Below, piece by piece: positions 31,891 to 46,265 of a DNA stretch of 64,000 nt. The stretch's first letter is position 1. Every line of letters begins with the position of its first letter. Under the pieces are notes generated by a model. That model was not told the DNA's origin. It made no database searches and saw only the letters and a list, made by a program, of their open reading frames with translations. Source of the DNA: the human T2T-CHM13v2.0 reference genome, Homo sapiens. The position numbers and the translations under genes are program-made. Location of the stretch: assembly GCF_009914755.1 (NCBI RefSeq), contig NC_060947.1; one strand, written 5' to 3'.

Positions 31891-32390
31891 CCCTTTACCA
31901 ACTGTCCACACAAATACAAGGAGGTACGAGATTGTATACCCAATGACAACAGGAGTAAGTGAAGGTGCTTTGAAAATTGTAAATGCTAATACAATGTGAG
32001 CCATTACTGTGTAGATTTGAAGTTCATAGGAGGAAGGAATCCCTCTAAACTAGGAGTGGAAGAGCTGGCTTCCTAGACAAGATAATATCTAAACTTACCA
32101 TTAAAGAGTGGGTAACATTGATGTCAGCACAGGGAAGTGGGAGAGCATTTCTGTTACAGATGGTCACATAATCAAAATGACTGTATAGAGAATAATAATG
32201 ATGGTTATGATGATCAATATGAGCAAGCCAAGTGGAATAATTTCTATCGGATTTATTAAATCTGGTGAGTTAAAAATATCAGGTGGGAAAGTATAGTTAT
32301 CTGGGCAAATATTTTTTTCCTTATAACCCTCCCATTGTTATTCTATCACTAATGAGAAATAAGGTTTCACTTGAACTTTTTATGTTACAG

Positions 32391-32526
32391 CGAACCGGCC
32401 GATGATTTACAAAGGCAGGACAACAGAGTTGTAACGGGTTTGAAGAAACAAAGAAGGAAGCGAAAGAGGAAGTCTGAAATGTTACAGAAAGCAGCAAGAG
32501 GACGTGAGGAACATGGTGACGAGTAG
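32391..32526 (+). CDS. FMR1NB: FMR1NB exon 5, coding part with TAG stop (exon continues to 32539)
   Basis: ttacag acceptor; EPADDLQRQDNRVVTGLKKQRRKRKRKSEMLQKAARGREEHGDE*; donor aaag|gtaatt after 32539. Confidence 0.96.
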
Positions 32527-34027
32527 CAAGAGACCAAAGGTAATTGACAATAGGATATAAAGTTGAAGTGCTCAATCTCTGATTCTTGTTAGCTTTATAT
32601 TTCTACCATCATCTTGGCTTGACTGACACATTTTTTTTAACCACACAAATGTTTGGATCACAGGAGGGCCAGCTTCTGAACAAATATTTATCACTAGAGA
32701 TATTGAGATGGTAGGAAAATGGATAAGAAATGTGCCAAATTGTTTTGAGTGCCACATTATATGGTATACACAGGTCAGCTTTTCAGAGGGAGAAAAGAAG
32801 TTGATCCTGCCCACTCTGACTCTATGGCTCCCTGATAGACACCCTTGGTAAATAATGAAGGCCACAGTCCTCATATGTGACCACATCACATATCCAGGGG
32901 AAGGAGAATGGCCTTAGGAGTCTGACAGAGATGAGATTGAATCCTGGATCTTACCTGTTAGTCTCAGCTACCTGTTCTTCAAACCTGCACGATGTAGTGT
33001 TAGAAGAGGTTGAGAGAGGGATCCCAGAATCATACACTAGGGACTACTTTGTACAGGTTATACTTGTACAGGGTTATAGATCCCTAGCCTTGACTTGGGT
33101 CTCCTTCTCCCAAAATAACTGTGAAGGGACAAGTAAGAATAAAATGGTTGGTGAGAAACAAAGCTGTATCTCAGGGACTGGGAGTAAGGAGACCCAGGTC
33201 ATTAACTAGTAGTGTTTCCATGGGCAGTGAAATTAACCTTTCAGTTCCTTGATACCATCATAGATTTTTTGTGTAACTTAAACAATATAATGTATGTGAA
33301 AATGTTTTGAAAATTGCAATGCAGTACCCAAAATTATGGTATTAAGTTACAGAGAAGCAAAGGAATGGAATGACAGGCCATTGAATTCCGTGTCAGGAGA
33401 CTCTGGCTTTAGTCCCAGTTCTGCCATTATTTACAGTGTTTGCTTGAGCAAGTCCTTTAACTTTCTTGGGCTTCATTTCACCAATCTTCAGAATGAGAAG
33501 GTTGATTTGATGAATAGGAAAAGTGATTTATCTCAGAAGAAAAAAAAGAAAATCTTTATATAAGGTATCATATATATATATTTGATACATATTTACTTAA
33601 GGTAACACATAAATATGTATTACTATAATGCCTGTGTATTATTATTCATATAAATATATTACCTTGTATTAGTTTAATGCAATACATGTGTGCATATGTA
33701 CACATGTACACACACATATATACATATGTAACATTATAACTAGACTAACAAAACTTGGTTTCTGTGGACCATTCACTGAGACATGGAAGTTAACTTTGTT
33801 ATTCAGAAATTATCTCTGTAATGATATTTGCTCTAATCTGTTTTATATGTATGCCTCACAGTAACAGAAGATGATGTACTGGCAAACTGAAAATACATAA
33901 GTTAATCATAACATTCACTATATAGAATTTGATAATTTTGTTGCAGGGACTTCTTTTATGACAAAGTGCGATATGTGAATACCAGCCTTTTCAAGTTGTT
34001 TAACCCTACTTTACTTTTCTCCCATAG

Positions 34028-34188
34028 CATTATTTTCCCCTCAAGACAACAGAAACCATTCAGAGCAGAGGGGACTGTCTCAGCCATGCAAACCTCATGG
34101 AGCATTTTGGAAAGTTAAAAATTGATTCTTATTTTTGTCATGTTTACTTTCAAACATGAAATAAAATTGAGTTCTGTTTTCATGCATC
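34028..34188 (+). other. FMR1NB: FMR1NB terminal non-coding exon 6 (3' UTR); 3' end approximate
   Basis: Strong acceptor ctacttttacttttctcccatag; AATAAA at 34160-34165. Confidence 0.8.
34160..34165 (+). terminator. Polyadenylation signal AATAAA of FMR1NB
   Basis: Canonical hexamer about 130 nt into the last exon. Confidence 0.75.
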
Positions 34189-35789
34189 AAACCAGAATCT
34201 GAATTCTTTTTATTAAAAACAGTTCCTACAGAATCTTTAAAAACATGCCTAAAACACCGGTGGCATTCAGATCCTAAAAAGTTACATGATTTTTGCAACT
34301 TGGGTTATTGTATCAACGTATACTTCTGTTGGTACTAAATAAGACAGATGTTCCATATTGTTATTCACCTGTCAGCAAGCAGAGAGAAAAACCCCAATGA
34401 TCATATGTTGCAGTGTGTGATACTTTGTTTATTTTGAGGAAAAGAGGTGAAGATAATTTGTAGGGTTTTTTTATTTTATAAATTATAATGTTATTTTTCC
34501 CACTATAAAAGTAAAATACACTTACAGGAAATTTGGTAAAGAAGAATATATAGGATAAAGGAAAAAATCAAATCATAATTTCACTAGTGCTAAATACTGT
34601 TACCTTGTTGTGTTTTCTTTTCTTTTTAAATAATTGTGTTCTGTGATATATATGAATTTATTATGCTGTTTTTAAAAATTATGTCTTATGATTCACTTTT
34701 TTCTTTTGAAATATGTGAGACTCAGGTTTACCTGGGCTTGTTACTCATTCATGTGGCAAACATTTATTGAGTTCCTGTTATGTGCCATGCACTCTGTGTG
34801 CTTGGAGATAGAGTCATGAGCAAGACAGACTTGGCCCTGTCTTGATGGAACTCACAGTATAGCTGGAGAGGAAGCCAGGTAAAGAAGTAATGACAGGGCT
34901 ATGATAAGAAGAGTACCAAGTTCTGTGGCAGCACATAACAGGGGCACCTTGCCCCAGACTAGTAGTCGCTTGGAGAATGAGAAGAACTGAAAGGGGAGGA
35001 CACTCAAGTTTCTCAGGATTCAGTTATGATATGAATAGATTGCAATTTTGAGGGAAGAAGTCTTGGTTTTTGGTGATCAGAAAAGAAAAAACTCTTATTA
35101 CAAAAACTTTAGATAGATCCAAAGCTCGCAGATATAATGAGAATAAAAGAGTTCCTGTCAAACGGAGGTTCATAAAGACACCATACCTGGGAAATGTGCA
35201 CATCTCCATATGTGCTCTATTGCAGGAGGCGTCATTTGAGCCAACAAAGCACAAAGCCCCACAATTGAAAATGCTTGCTGAAGGTAAGATCCACAACATG
35301 TGCATTGCAAGATTTATCAAGACAGCAGTATGATTACCTTCTGAAGAAGCTGTCGAGATGTTTGATAGACACCAGACAGAAGGAGACCTGTTGCAGATAC
35401 CCTTTTGAATCAGGAGTCCAAACTTTTCAGTGCAACTCACTTGGATGCAAATGAAAATAATGCGGTCATTTATTCATTTCTTCAACAATATGAGCTAGGT
35501 ACTGTGGTGCTGGGGAGACAGAAGCAAAAAAAAAATACAAAAATATCTGCCCTTATAGAGTTTACATTCTAGTGAAGTAGCCAGAAAAGAAACAAAATCA
35601 ATCAGTAAAATACATAGTATGTTAGATAACGTGTGCTAAGGAGGAAAAAAATAAAGCAAGGAAAAGTACTAGGGAGTATGAGGGAAGTATGTAGTTTTAC
35701 ATAAGGTGGTCAGAGTAGGTCTCACTGAGAATATGGTATTTGAGTGAGAATCTCAGGAAGGAAGGGAGAGAAAGCTGTACAGATATCAT

Positions 35790-36302
35790 TAGGGTGTGTA
35801 TGTATGTGTATTATATATATATGAACATATCATATATACACAAATAAATGTATTATAAGAAATGGGCTCACATGATTATGTAGGTGGACAAGTCCCAAGA
35901 TCTGCAGGGTGGGTCAGCAAGCTGGAGATCCAAGAGAGCTGGGTTTAGTTCTAGTCTGAGTTCAAAGGCCTGAGAACCAGGAGAGCCAATGGTATAGTTT
36001 CCATTCAAAAGCTGGTGGGCTTGAGACTCAGGAAGAGCCAGTGCCTCAGATTGAAGGTATTTTGGCAGGGGGAATTCTTTCTTACTCAAAGGAAGGTCAC
36101 TCCTTTTTGTTCTACTCAGGCCTTCAACTGATTGGATGAGGCCCACTCATGTGAGGGAGCACAATCTGCTTTACTTAGTCTACCAATTTAAGTGTTAATC
36201 ATATCCCAAAACACCCTCACTGACACACCCAGAATAATATTTGACCAAATATCTGGTCACCCCATGGCCCAGTCAAGTTGACACACAAAATTAACCATCA
36301 TA
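35790..36302 (-). mobile_element. ERVL solo LTR (MLT2B-like), adjacent to an L2 fragment
   Basis: aagtcccaagatctgcag...ccttcaactgattggatgaggccca...cccagtcaagttgacaca..aattaaccatca. Confidence 0.88.
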
Positions 36303-36648
36303 GTCTAAAGTGCCTAGGACAGTGTCTGATGTTCAGCAAATAAAATATCTGTGTGTATAATTGAATTAGAAACAAAAATGACTTGTGGAGTTCTTCGCTT
36401 TTGCTATGATGAACAGGCATCTCCAAGGCAAAGTGAAATCTTAGAAAGGAGTCATCATGTATACCAAATGATCACCAGAGTTCAGTAAACAAGTGTTTGC
36501 TTTGAAAGTTATTTCCCAAGAATCTGATATTGCTGCTCTAAATTTTCAGAGCTGTATTCAGCAAAAACAAAATAAAAAGAGCAACAAAAAAGTTTGTTGT
36601 GTAGAAATAAATAATAAAATAACACATAAGAAAACAATTCCTTTAGAA

Positions 36649-36869
36649 CAAGCTTGTCCAACCTGCAGCCCATGGGCTCCACGTGGCCTAGGACGGCTTT
36701 GAATGCTACCCAACACAAATTTGTAAACTTTCTTAAAACGTTACAAGAGTTTTTTTTGCAAATTTTTTTAAAGCTCATCAGCTATCTTTAGTGTTAGTGT
36801 ATTTTATGTGTGGCCCAATTCTTCTTCTTCCAGTATGGCCCAGGGAAGCCAAAAGATTGGACACTCCTG
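36649..36869. mobile_element. MER30 hAT-Charlie MITE
   Basis: Terminal inverted repeats caagcttgtccaa and ttggacactcctg; 8 bp TSD ctttagaa/ctttaaaa. Confidence 0.88.
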
Positions 36870-37955
36870 CTTTAAAACCTAATATTGAAATTTTAGTGAA
36901 GCCATTTGTAATCTATAAAGAAGATAAGCATAGTCTGAAGTAATACTTTGAAAGCAATAGAGAAGAATTATCTGCAACTATTCTTTAACAGATTAGAAGT
37001 TAGGTTTCAGGGTACACAGACAAAGATTATCATTAAGTTGTCAAAGAGTGTGAGCTTAGAGTGACTGTTGAACAGTTAGTGCTGTAGAATAAATGCTGGA
37101 CCAGAGATGAGAATTGAGGCAATCGAAGGTTGTTATTATTAACGATTAAATGCCAAAGGGACTCACAAGAGTGGGAAGGAAATAAGGTTGTTCAGAATGC
37201 TGTCTCCAACACCAGTGCCTAATGCAGTACCAAATCATGTCTGACATGGATGTTTAAGCCCTGCAAGTCATAGATGGGTAGATAATAAGTGTGTCACTAA
37301 TGTACAAGCATTAATGGTCACAGAGTCATTTCCCTCAAGCCATGACCATATCTGTTCCAAATGAAAAGATACTAGCTAAATGAGAAGCTCTCTGATGAAG
37401 AGCCTGAATTTAACTTGACTAGGGTGACTGCTTTAAGCCAGAGGTGCTAGACAATCTCCTTACTTCCACAGACACAGGGACTTTAAACCAAGGATCACCA
37501 AGTGGTCAAAAACAAAGATCTTTCACTTCAGCCCTAGGACAAGCAGACTTCGGTAGAGAATCTGGATACATGTAAAGTTCAGTCACTTGGAAAATGTGGA
37601 CAAGCTCTCTCTTGGCTATTAGCATCAGCATCGTGGACAATGGAAGCTCTATAAAATAAGTGGCTCTTTAGTGTAATAAAGGAATATTTTATTCATTATG
37701 ACATTTTGGAATGCTTTTTGTATTTATGGTCTAAATGATACACAAATTTCCCTTGTGGGGACTGGGAGAACTGATACTACTACGGGATTGCCAGCCTGAA
37801 TTTAGAGCCCCAGTCCAAGCTGTAATATGTGGGCACTCCAGGTTAGCGGCTGCCCTCCCCACATCTCAGGCAGGGGACTTGCCAAGAGAATTTACCTGTA
37901 GATGAGTTATAACTTCAAGGGTGCCAAACTCAAATGGAAAGGTATTCAGGACTAG

Positions 37956-38112
37956 CAGGACTGGCTATTTGACGTGTGGGGCCTAGTGCAAAATGAAAAT
38001 ATGGGGCCCTATTTCAAGATAGCAACAGCAGAGCATTAAACCAAGCATGGGACCCTTCTAAGAACAAGATGCTATGTGACTGCATAAGTTGCATACTCAG
38101 GAAGCCAGCCTT
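37956..38112 (-). mobile_element. MER45A-like hAT DNA transposon
   Basis: ggggcctagtgcaaaatgaaaatatggggccc...cagagcattaaaccaagcatggg. Confidence 0.75.
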
Positions 38113-38280
38113 AAGAAATAGGTTAGCTCATAGGATTGATGCAGTGCTTAGCAAGGGATATCAAGGTGTATTGTGAATAATAAACTCTACTTAAATATTT
38201 CATTGGCTTCAATTTTGCAGGAGTGCATATATAAAGCAGAATGCACTGTTTATAGTACTATCAGGACACTATACTCAGCA

Positions 38281-38420
38281 ATTCATTCATTCATTCATTC
38301 ATTCATTCATTCAAGAAATACTTATAGAGCCCTTATTTTTTGTCAGTTACTGTTCTATGTACCAGGGATATAGCAGTGGGCAAAATGGACAAACATTTTT
38401 GCTCTCACGAACTCTACATT
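38281..38420 (-). mobile_element. L2 3' end with (TTCA)n tail
   Basis: About 8 ATTC units followed by reverse-strand L2 sequence. Confidence 0.75.
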
Positions 38421-39559
38421 TTGCGTATGTGTTTGCTGTCTAATTGAGGCTTATTTTAATTTCACGCATTATAGTCTCTTGCATAGCCAAGCCTGGCTAT
38501 TTGCATCATGAGGACAGAACCACAAAGTCACTGCCCACTTACTGGCAGGATACAGTAGGTGAAGGCAGAATAAATAGGCAGAAATGACTCTTTGAAATTT
38601 AAAAGTTGAGAATAGTGTTACGAATGCACTGAAACTATGACTTGACAGGTAAGAGGAAGTATGAGGGGTAGAACTCTAATGGGTAGGTCCATTGCTTGCT
38701 AGTCAGGATTCCTAAATCCTTCTCATGGCTTGTACACACTACTTGAGTGATGTTGGCCCAAATGATAAGAAAAAAATAATAGTTGCCTGTCTTCTCCTAG
38801 AGGAAAGTTCTCTGAAAATAATCAAGACAGTATATGTTGGGTTATGAGATGCTAATTAGTTCATAACATTCTCTATAATTACGCTAATCATTCAACACAA
38901 TTTAACAGCCTCCTACTGTATGTTAGACACTGTGTTAAATACTGGGAGAGGGTAAAAATGAATAGCCACAATCCTCCTTAAGAAGCTTGCAATATAATGA
39001 GGGCAGACATTTGTCAACAGTGCCTTAGACTTAGAAACAGATCACTGCTATGGGAACAGAGAGGAGAGGTGCCTAACGTTCTTTGTGGTGGGTAGAGCAG
39101 GGAAACATTTTCCAAAGTTCTAAGGAATTTTGAGCAAACAGGAAAGAGAGATGACATCGGAAAGGCAAAGAATGTCTGAATGTGCTGTAAGAGCAAAGGA
39201 AGGCAATTGACAAAATTTTTAAAGGCCTATGTTTCCTCTTGCTTGCAAAGTTCCTTTAAATCAGCATACTGGGTCATATTGAACAGAAGTTGTCATATTT
39301 GGCAAATCAAGTTATTATATATGGCTCCCTCCCCCACATTCCACTCCGCCAGTGCCAAAAGATTGATAGGGGAGTTAATGGAACTTGGTGTCAAACAGCA
39401 ATGAAAAGTCTAAAAGTCTAACAACAAAGTTTTTCAAAGATCTTTGAGCAGGGCCAGTATATGAAGGGAAATGTACAAGATAGGGCCTACGTATGGTGGA
39501 GTGGTTAGGGTAAAGGTTTCTTTTTGCAATCTTTACTTTCCCCTACTTGTTCTTAGGGT

Positions 39560-40180
39560 CAGACCCCAAATTTTTCAGGTGAATTTTACTGAAATTTCAG
39601 AACAAATAATCCCAATCTTATATATGTTGTTCTACAAAGTAGAAGAACAGAAAAAGCTGCTCATCATGTTTATGAAACTAATATGCTGTAGATATCACAA
39701 CCAGCCAAAGATAGTGCAAGAAAAAAGTGATAGAGGCCAATTTAACTTACAGACATAGATATAAAAATCTTCCAAGTCTGTCTATCTATCTATCTACCTA
39801 TCTGTAATCTCACGATGTACTAGGTAGACCTTATTTTAGGAGTTCAAGGATGTTTCACTGCTGGAATGTGCAGGAGTATAATTACATTAATGGAACAAAG
39901 GAGAAAAATTACATGATTTTCTGAAAAGTTATAGAAGAAAGCAATAGATAGATATCAATGATGATTTCAGATTTAAAGAACTCAGTACACTAGAAATGGA
40001 AGGGAACTCCCCTAACCTTATAAAAGTAAGCCAAAATAAAAATATTTAATGGAGAAAATGTAGAAGCATTCCCTTTAAGGTCAAGAGCAAGGCAGTGATG
40101 CTTGTTATCACAGCTACTATTTAACATAATACTGGAAGATCTAGCCGAAGAAATTATATAAGAGAAAGAAATGACCTCTA
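39560..40180 (+). mobile_element. Ancient L1M ORF2 fragment with a short (TCTA)n
   Basis: ggtgaattttactgaa..., agaagcattccctttaaggtcaagagcaaggca, aacataatactggaag. Confidence 0.7.
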
Positions 40181-41426
40181 AAGTCCAAATCAGGGATTAG
40201 GAAGAGAATTAAAATTGCTAGACCCAGCCCCTAGAGCCTAAATGTGGCCTGAAACACATAACTGCTTCCCCTTACTTAACTGCATTGGGCAAAGATGGCC
40301 AATTACCCGGGTTGCCTAGGATGGAAGAGTTATCCTGTATGTGGAACATTTCATACGAAACCTGAGACAGTCATCCTAGTTCTGGCTCTGATTTCTTTCT
40401 TTCCTTATGACCCCTGGAAATTTACTTTCCTTTCAAGCTAGGCTATACATTAAAGTTGGATGGTTTAGGCATTATATTTTATTCAGCATTCCTAGATGTT
40501 TTTAAGCAGAAAGTATATATTCATATCAGCTCAATCTGCTCTTTTGCCAGAATTCTCCTTATTTAGCCCTTAATAATAATGAAATGTTTAATGGCATGGG
40601 AAAATGCTCATGTGTAGAGTGAAAAAAGCAGATTATAAAACTCTCTATATAGTTGGATTCCAATTTTGTTGGAAAAATGTATCACATATTCATGTCCTTG
40701 AAATTTTTTGATAGCTACCTAAACTTCTGCAGGTATAATTGACTTCAGTGTCTTTGTGGGGGAAAAGTTATTGTGGATAGGTGGGGAAAAGAAATCTTAC
40801 AGGAAGAGTAGCTGGAAAAAGGAAAGGATGGTGGGGTAGGGGAAGAAAAATGATGCAGATTGGAAGAGGTAACACAGTGGGAATGTTTCCGTTATAATGA
40901 GAGGGTTTGCATTTTAAATACTTATGACCCATAGCTCTTTTGCACATTGGAGATAGAAAGTTATCGAATGTTATTCCTTAGAGCCCTAGATCTAGTCGTC
41001 ATTGTCTTATTGAGCATGTAACTAGGTCATTGGAGGAGGCATTTTAAACAATCGCTTACTAAGGGATTTTTTTTTTTAAATCTAGGCTTCAATACCAACA
41101 AGAATAGAATAAGTTAATTAAAATATATTTGAATATTAAATATCCCTAGAAAGGCCCTGATATAGCTCAGATTCTTTTACGGCAATAAAGCAAACTGGTA
41201 GTTTTGAGCTTAGGCTCAAAACAGAGGTTTGACAAGTTGTCAGAGATTTCTTTGCAATGAAAATGATACAACTGTTCTCGGAGTTTTTAGGTATAGGTCA
41301 CAACAGGAAAATCCCATCTGCTGCGGCACATTCCTTAAATAGCTAAAAATAGATTAAGTAGAGAGGAGGAGGATGGGTGTAACTGTAAATGTTTAGCACT
41401 AGGGAGATCCTTGTGGTGATGGAATA

Positions 41427-42282
41427 CAGCAGGTCCTCGTATAACATTGTTTCATTCAACAATGTTTCCTCATAACATCCATGAGGAAAAAAATTGATTT
41501 TCTGCCAGGACCACTGTCTGTGTGGAGTTTACATGTTCCTCCCATATCTGCGTGGGTTTTCGCTAAATACTCCAGTTTCCTCCTACATCCAAAAGCTGTG
41601 CACCTTAGGCTCATTGGCCTGTCTACGTTGTCTGAGTGAGTGTGGAGGTGTGCGTGAGTGTACCCCGTGATGGAATGCTGTCCTGGCCAGGGTAGGTTAC
41701 TGCCTTGCACCCTGAGCTGCAGGGATAGGCTCTGGCCCTCCAGAACCCTAAACTGGAATAAGTAGGATGGAAAATGAATGAATGAATGAGTACAAATTAT
41801 GGTAAAATAAAAATTTGTAAAGCCTACGGTAATCTTACACATACATGACAATACATGAAATGGTAAGAAAGTGATCAGTGAGCCTGCCATATATGTTATT
41901 GCTTGTTTCTGAACTGAGTGGTGGGAGGAGGTGTTCCTAACAATGTTCACTTTGCAGACATTTATTTCTTTATTTAATCCATTATCACTATGACCACTGT
42001 CATTCAGTGATTCACCAAAAATTGGGTAAATAATTATCTTGTTTTCATTAATCTTTTTAAAATGTAGGGATAGCTTGCATTCATTTCAGTGTTTAATATT
42101 AGAAGTGTTTGAGGTCTATATTTAAAAGTTTGGTGATGTTTTTGTGACCAGAAATATACCATAGAAACTTGGCTCTTGTTTATATCAGTTAGCCTGTGGT
42201 CAAATTGGCTTCATTGTACATAATTTCACTTTAAAGTCACAGTTTCCAATAACTATCAACAACATTAAGTGAGGACTTACTG
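41427..42282 (+). mobile_element. MER6 TcMar-Tigger DNA transposon, full length, nested in an old L1 3' UTR
   Basis: Terminal inverted repeats cagcaggtcctc and gaggacttactg; TA target duplication on both sides; 856 bp. Confidence 0.88.
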
Positions 42283-42501
42283 TATTTCTGCATTTGGATT
42301 TCAGTGATGGTTACAAAAAATCTACACATGTGATCAAATGGAATAGAACTATATATACACACATTGTTCCAATGCCAATTTCCAAGTTTTGATAGTGCAC
42401 TGTAGTTATGTAAGATGTAACTATTGGGGGAAATTGGGTGAAGAATACACCAGATCCCTCTTTTTCATCTTTGCAACTTCTAATGAATCTGTCGTTATTT
42501 C

Positions 42502-42937
42502 TGTTAACCTAAATAACAAACAGAGAGAAACCTCTTTAAAAGAAAAGATGTTTATTTGGGAATAGAGTATTGTAATGGGAATACTCATGTCATATTTAGG
42601 GAAGTAAAGGAAGACAAAGCTTTTTCAAGGAAAAAATGGGGCGAATTGTATATTTGTTTTGAAATAATTATCTTTGGCTACAAAGATCAATAACAAGGGT
42701 GATACCCGTCCAAGGTTGGACAGGCAGTTGTTGGGCAGATAGTCCTGTGGAAGTATTTTTATGTATTCGGTTGTGATGGCCCTGGTGTAAGGTTGTGTTT
42801 TTTGTAGTATTCTGAAATTTATTTTTTGTTATTGGTCATACAAGCATGAGAACCCTCTCTTCATGGCGTTTCCTGACTCTATTTGTTAGGGTGTTCTTAA
42901 CATTAGTAACTGCATTTTGATTTTGACAACTTTTGCA
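42502..42937 (-). mobile_element. ERV1 (MER4-group) solo LTR
   Basis: TG...CA termini; tttatt (AATAAA on -) near the left end; imperfect 4 bp TSD tttc/ttac; interrupts the L1 A-rich tail. Confidence 0.7.
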
Positions 42938-43535
42938 TTACAAAATAAAATTTTTAAAAATATAGAAACAACAATAAAATAAGTCAAATAGACTAGACTC
43001 TCCCAGGAAAAGCCAACATGACCCTCTTATGTCCTGCCTACTCTGTCTTAATTGGGCACCAAAGCTGGGAGAAGACGCTTGGGCTGGCTGATGCCTGTGT
43101 CTCTTGCCAAATAATGTGATAGATAAGGGAAAGCTAAATATAGCTTTGTTTACTTTCACTTATATAGGCCACAGTGTCTTGCTGACTTTAGAGAAATGCC
43201 CTTCCAAAACATTATTCTACAACTGGTTTATTTGGACAGTCCAGTCAAATGACCAGTTGATTCACTGAAGGGGGAAAAAAAATCACCTAACGAGTTGAAT
43301 GAGCACTCAGAATATCAACTCCTTCACCCAGTACAGACAGTCATGGGATGCATGTTCATGATAAAACAGCTCCCAGAACAGCTTTTAGGTAATTTAACTT
43401 AGGCTTTTTAAAAGTAGAGAGTCATACTTGGAATAAGCATTACAAATAATTAGAACTTTGGAAATGTGCTAATTTAACTGTAAACACTAAGCTGAAATGT
43501 CACAAGAACATTTAGAACTAGAAAAGACCAGAACT

Positions 43536-43918
43536 GTTCCTGTGTTAGTTTCCTAAGGATAATGGCCTCCAGCTCCATCCATGTTCCTGCAAAGGACATG
43601 ATCTTATTCATTTTTATGGTCGCATAGTATTCCATGGTGTATATTCATCACATTTTCTTTACCACATTTTCTAATACCACATGTTCTACCTTGTAAGTGG
43701 GAGATAAATAATGAGAACCAATGAGCACAAAGAGGGGGAACAACAGACGCTGGGGCCTACTTGATGGGGGAGTGTAACAGGAGGGAGTGGAGCAGGAAAA
43801 ATAACTATTGGGTACTATGCTTAGTACCTGGGTGATGAAATAATCTGTATACCAAACACCCATGACATGACAAACCTACACATGTACCCCTGAACCTTAA
43901 ATAAAAGTTAAGCAATAA
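43536..43918 (+). mobile_element. Short older L1PA (about PA13-PA16) 3' end with 5' inversion
   Basis: Antisense piece 43536-43672, sense 3' UTR 43673-43918; 14 bp TSD aaaagaccagaact at 43522-43535 and 43919-43932. Confidence 0.93.
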
Positions 43919-45028
43919 AAAAGACCAGAACTCATCTACTCTAATCACTTTATAGTAGCAGAAGTTTATATCTGAGTGAAAACTAAATTTCAGACATATC
44001 TGGGCATCCGTTTCCGTAGGTTCATTATATTGGGACTGGGGCCTTGGAGGAGTTTGTTTTACTTTCTGGCCCTTGAGGGAAGAATCTTGGTGATCAATGG
44101 GTGAGCAGAATGCCTATTCCTTTGACTGGCTCCATAGACTAGGCCTGAGTCCTATGGAAAGAAGAGCATTCTTTCCATTTCTCCTCAGAACATAGCATGT
44201 GTTAAATGCAGTGCGGACTGAATGGAAGCTGCAGATTGGGAGCACAAGAAGGCAGTGTTTCAAAAACAGTAGCAATGGCAGTGACTTTTCTGGAAGAAAA
44301 GAGAAAATGTGTCTATTTATTTAATAAATATTTGTCGAGGACTTACTATATTCCAGGCACTGTTCTGGGTGCTTGTGATACAGCAATGCTCTCAAGGAGC
44401 TTAAATTCTAGTGATGGGGGTATGGAGAGTAAGAAGAGAAGAAACAACAGGCATAATGAATAAATAAATTATATAATGCACTTGAATGTTGTAAGTAGTA
44501 TGGAAAAAAGTAAAAATGCAGAAGGAGAGGGGTTCAGAGTGGCTCTGAGGAGAGGTACAGGCTGTACTACTGAATAGTTAGAATAGACTTCATTAAGCAG
44601 AGAAGATTTGAAGGACATAAAGGAGTTAACAAAGCTGACATCTAAGGGAGGTGCATTCCAGCAGAGGAGACAGCCAGAGCAAAAGCCCCAAGGTGGGCAT
44701 GTGCCTGCAAGTTTGTGGAATGGCAAAGAGGCCTGTGTGACTGATTGAGAGAGGACAAGGGAAAGAGTATTGGGTAAGTAGTTAGAAAGATGATTGCACC
44801 GGATGACATATAGGGCCTTGCAGGCCATGGTGAGTACTGGGATTTGACTCTGCAGGAGATGGCAGCCAGTTCAGGGTTTTGAGCAGAGGAGGGGCAGGGC
44901 CTGGCTTGTGTTTGAATGCAATCACTCTGGTTGCTGTGCTGGGAATAGACTGTAGGATGGCAAGAAGATAAACAGAATGCCAGTGATGAGCCTGTTGCAG
45001 CAATGTAGGGGCTCACACCAGAGTGTTA

Positions 45029-45586
<558 letters not shown>

Positions 45587-46025
45587 TTAGACACTGAAGT
45601 GCAGATGTTGAATAGTTGCTGGATATAAGAGTAAGGAATTCAGAGCTAGAGATATAAATTTGGGGATCGTCAGCAAAAAGCTGATATTTAAAGCTGTGTA
45701 GTAGAGCAAATGAGATAGTTACAGAAGAGGACCAAGGACCAATCCCAAAATTGACGTAGGGAAAGAGAGGAAAGCCAGCAAAGGAGACTGAGAGTGTTGA
45801 ATGAGGTAGGAGGGAAACACAAAGTGTAGGGTGTTTTCGAAGTCAAGGGAAGAAAGGGGAAGGGTGTAATACAAGCTCAAATGCTGCTGCTAAGTCAGGT
45901 GAGAGATAAGACTTGAAGGTAGGTTTATCAATATAGAGGTCATTGTAGACCTTGATTAGGGTAGTTGTGATAGAATGGTAGGAGTGAAAGCTTGATTGTA
46001 GTGATTTTAAGAAAGACTAGAGGAT

Positions 46026-46265
46026 GCCTGGGTGTGACAGCTTGCAGTTGTAATCCCAGTGCTTTGGGAAGTGAAGGCAGGAGGGTCACTTGAGGCCAGG
46101 AGTTTAAGACCAGCCTGGGCAACATAGTGAGACCGCATCTCTACACAAATTAAAAAAGAAAAATTAGCCAGGTATGGTGGGATGTGCCTGTAGTCCTAGC
46201 TATTTGAGAAGTTGATCATGACACTGCACTCTAACCTAGGCTAAAGAGTGAGATTCTGTCTCAAA

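Noticed and set aside
35024-35440. 138 aa minus-strand ORF and a gaag|gtaaga donor-like site downstream of FMR1NB
   Set aside because: No recognisable protein similarity, non-ATG start and no convincing paired acceptor.
41456-41950. 164 aa minus-strand ORF
   Set aside because: Lies wholly within non-autonomous MER6 and has no transposase motifs.
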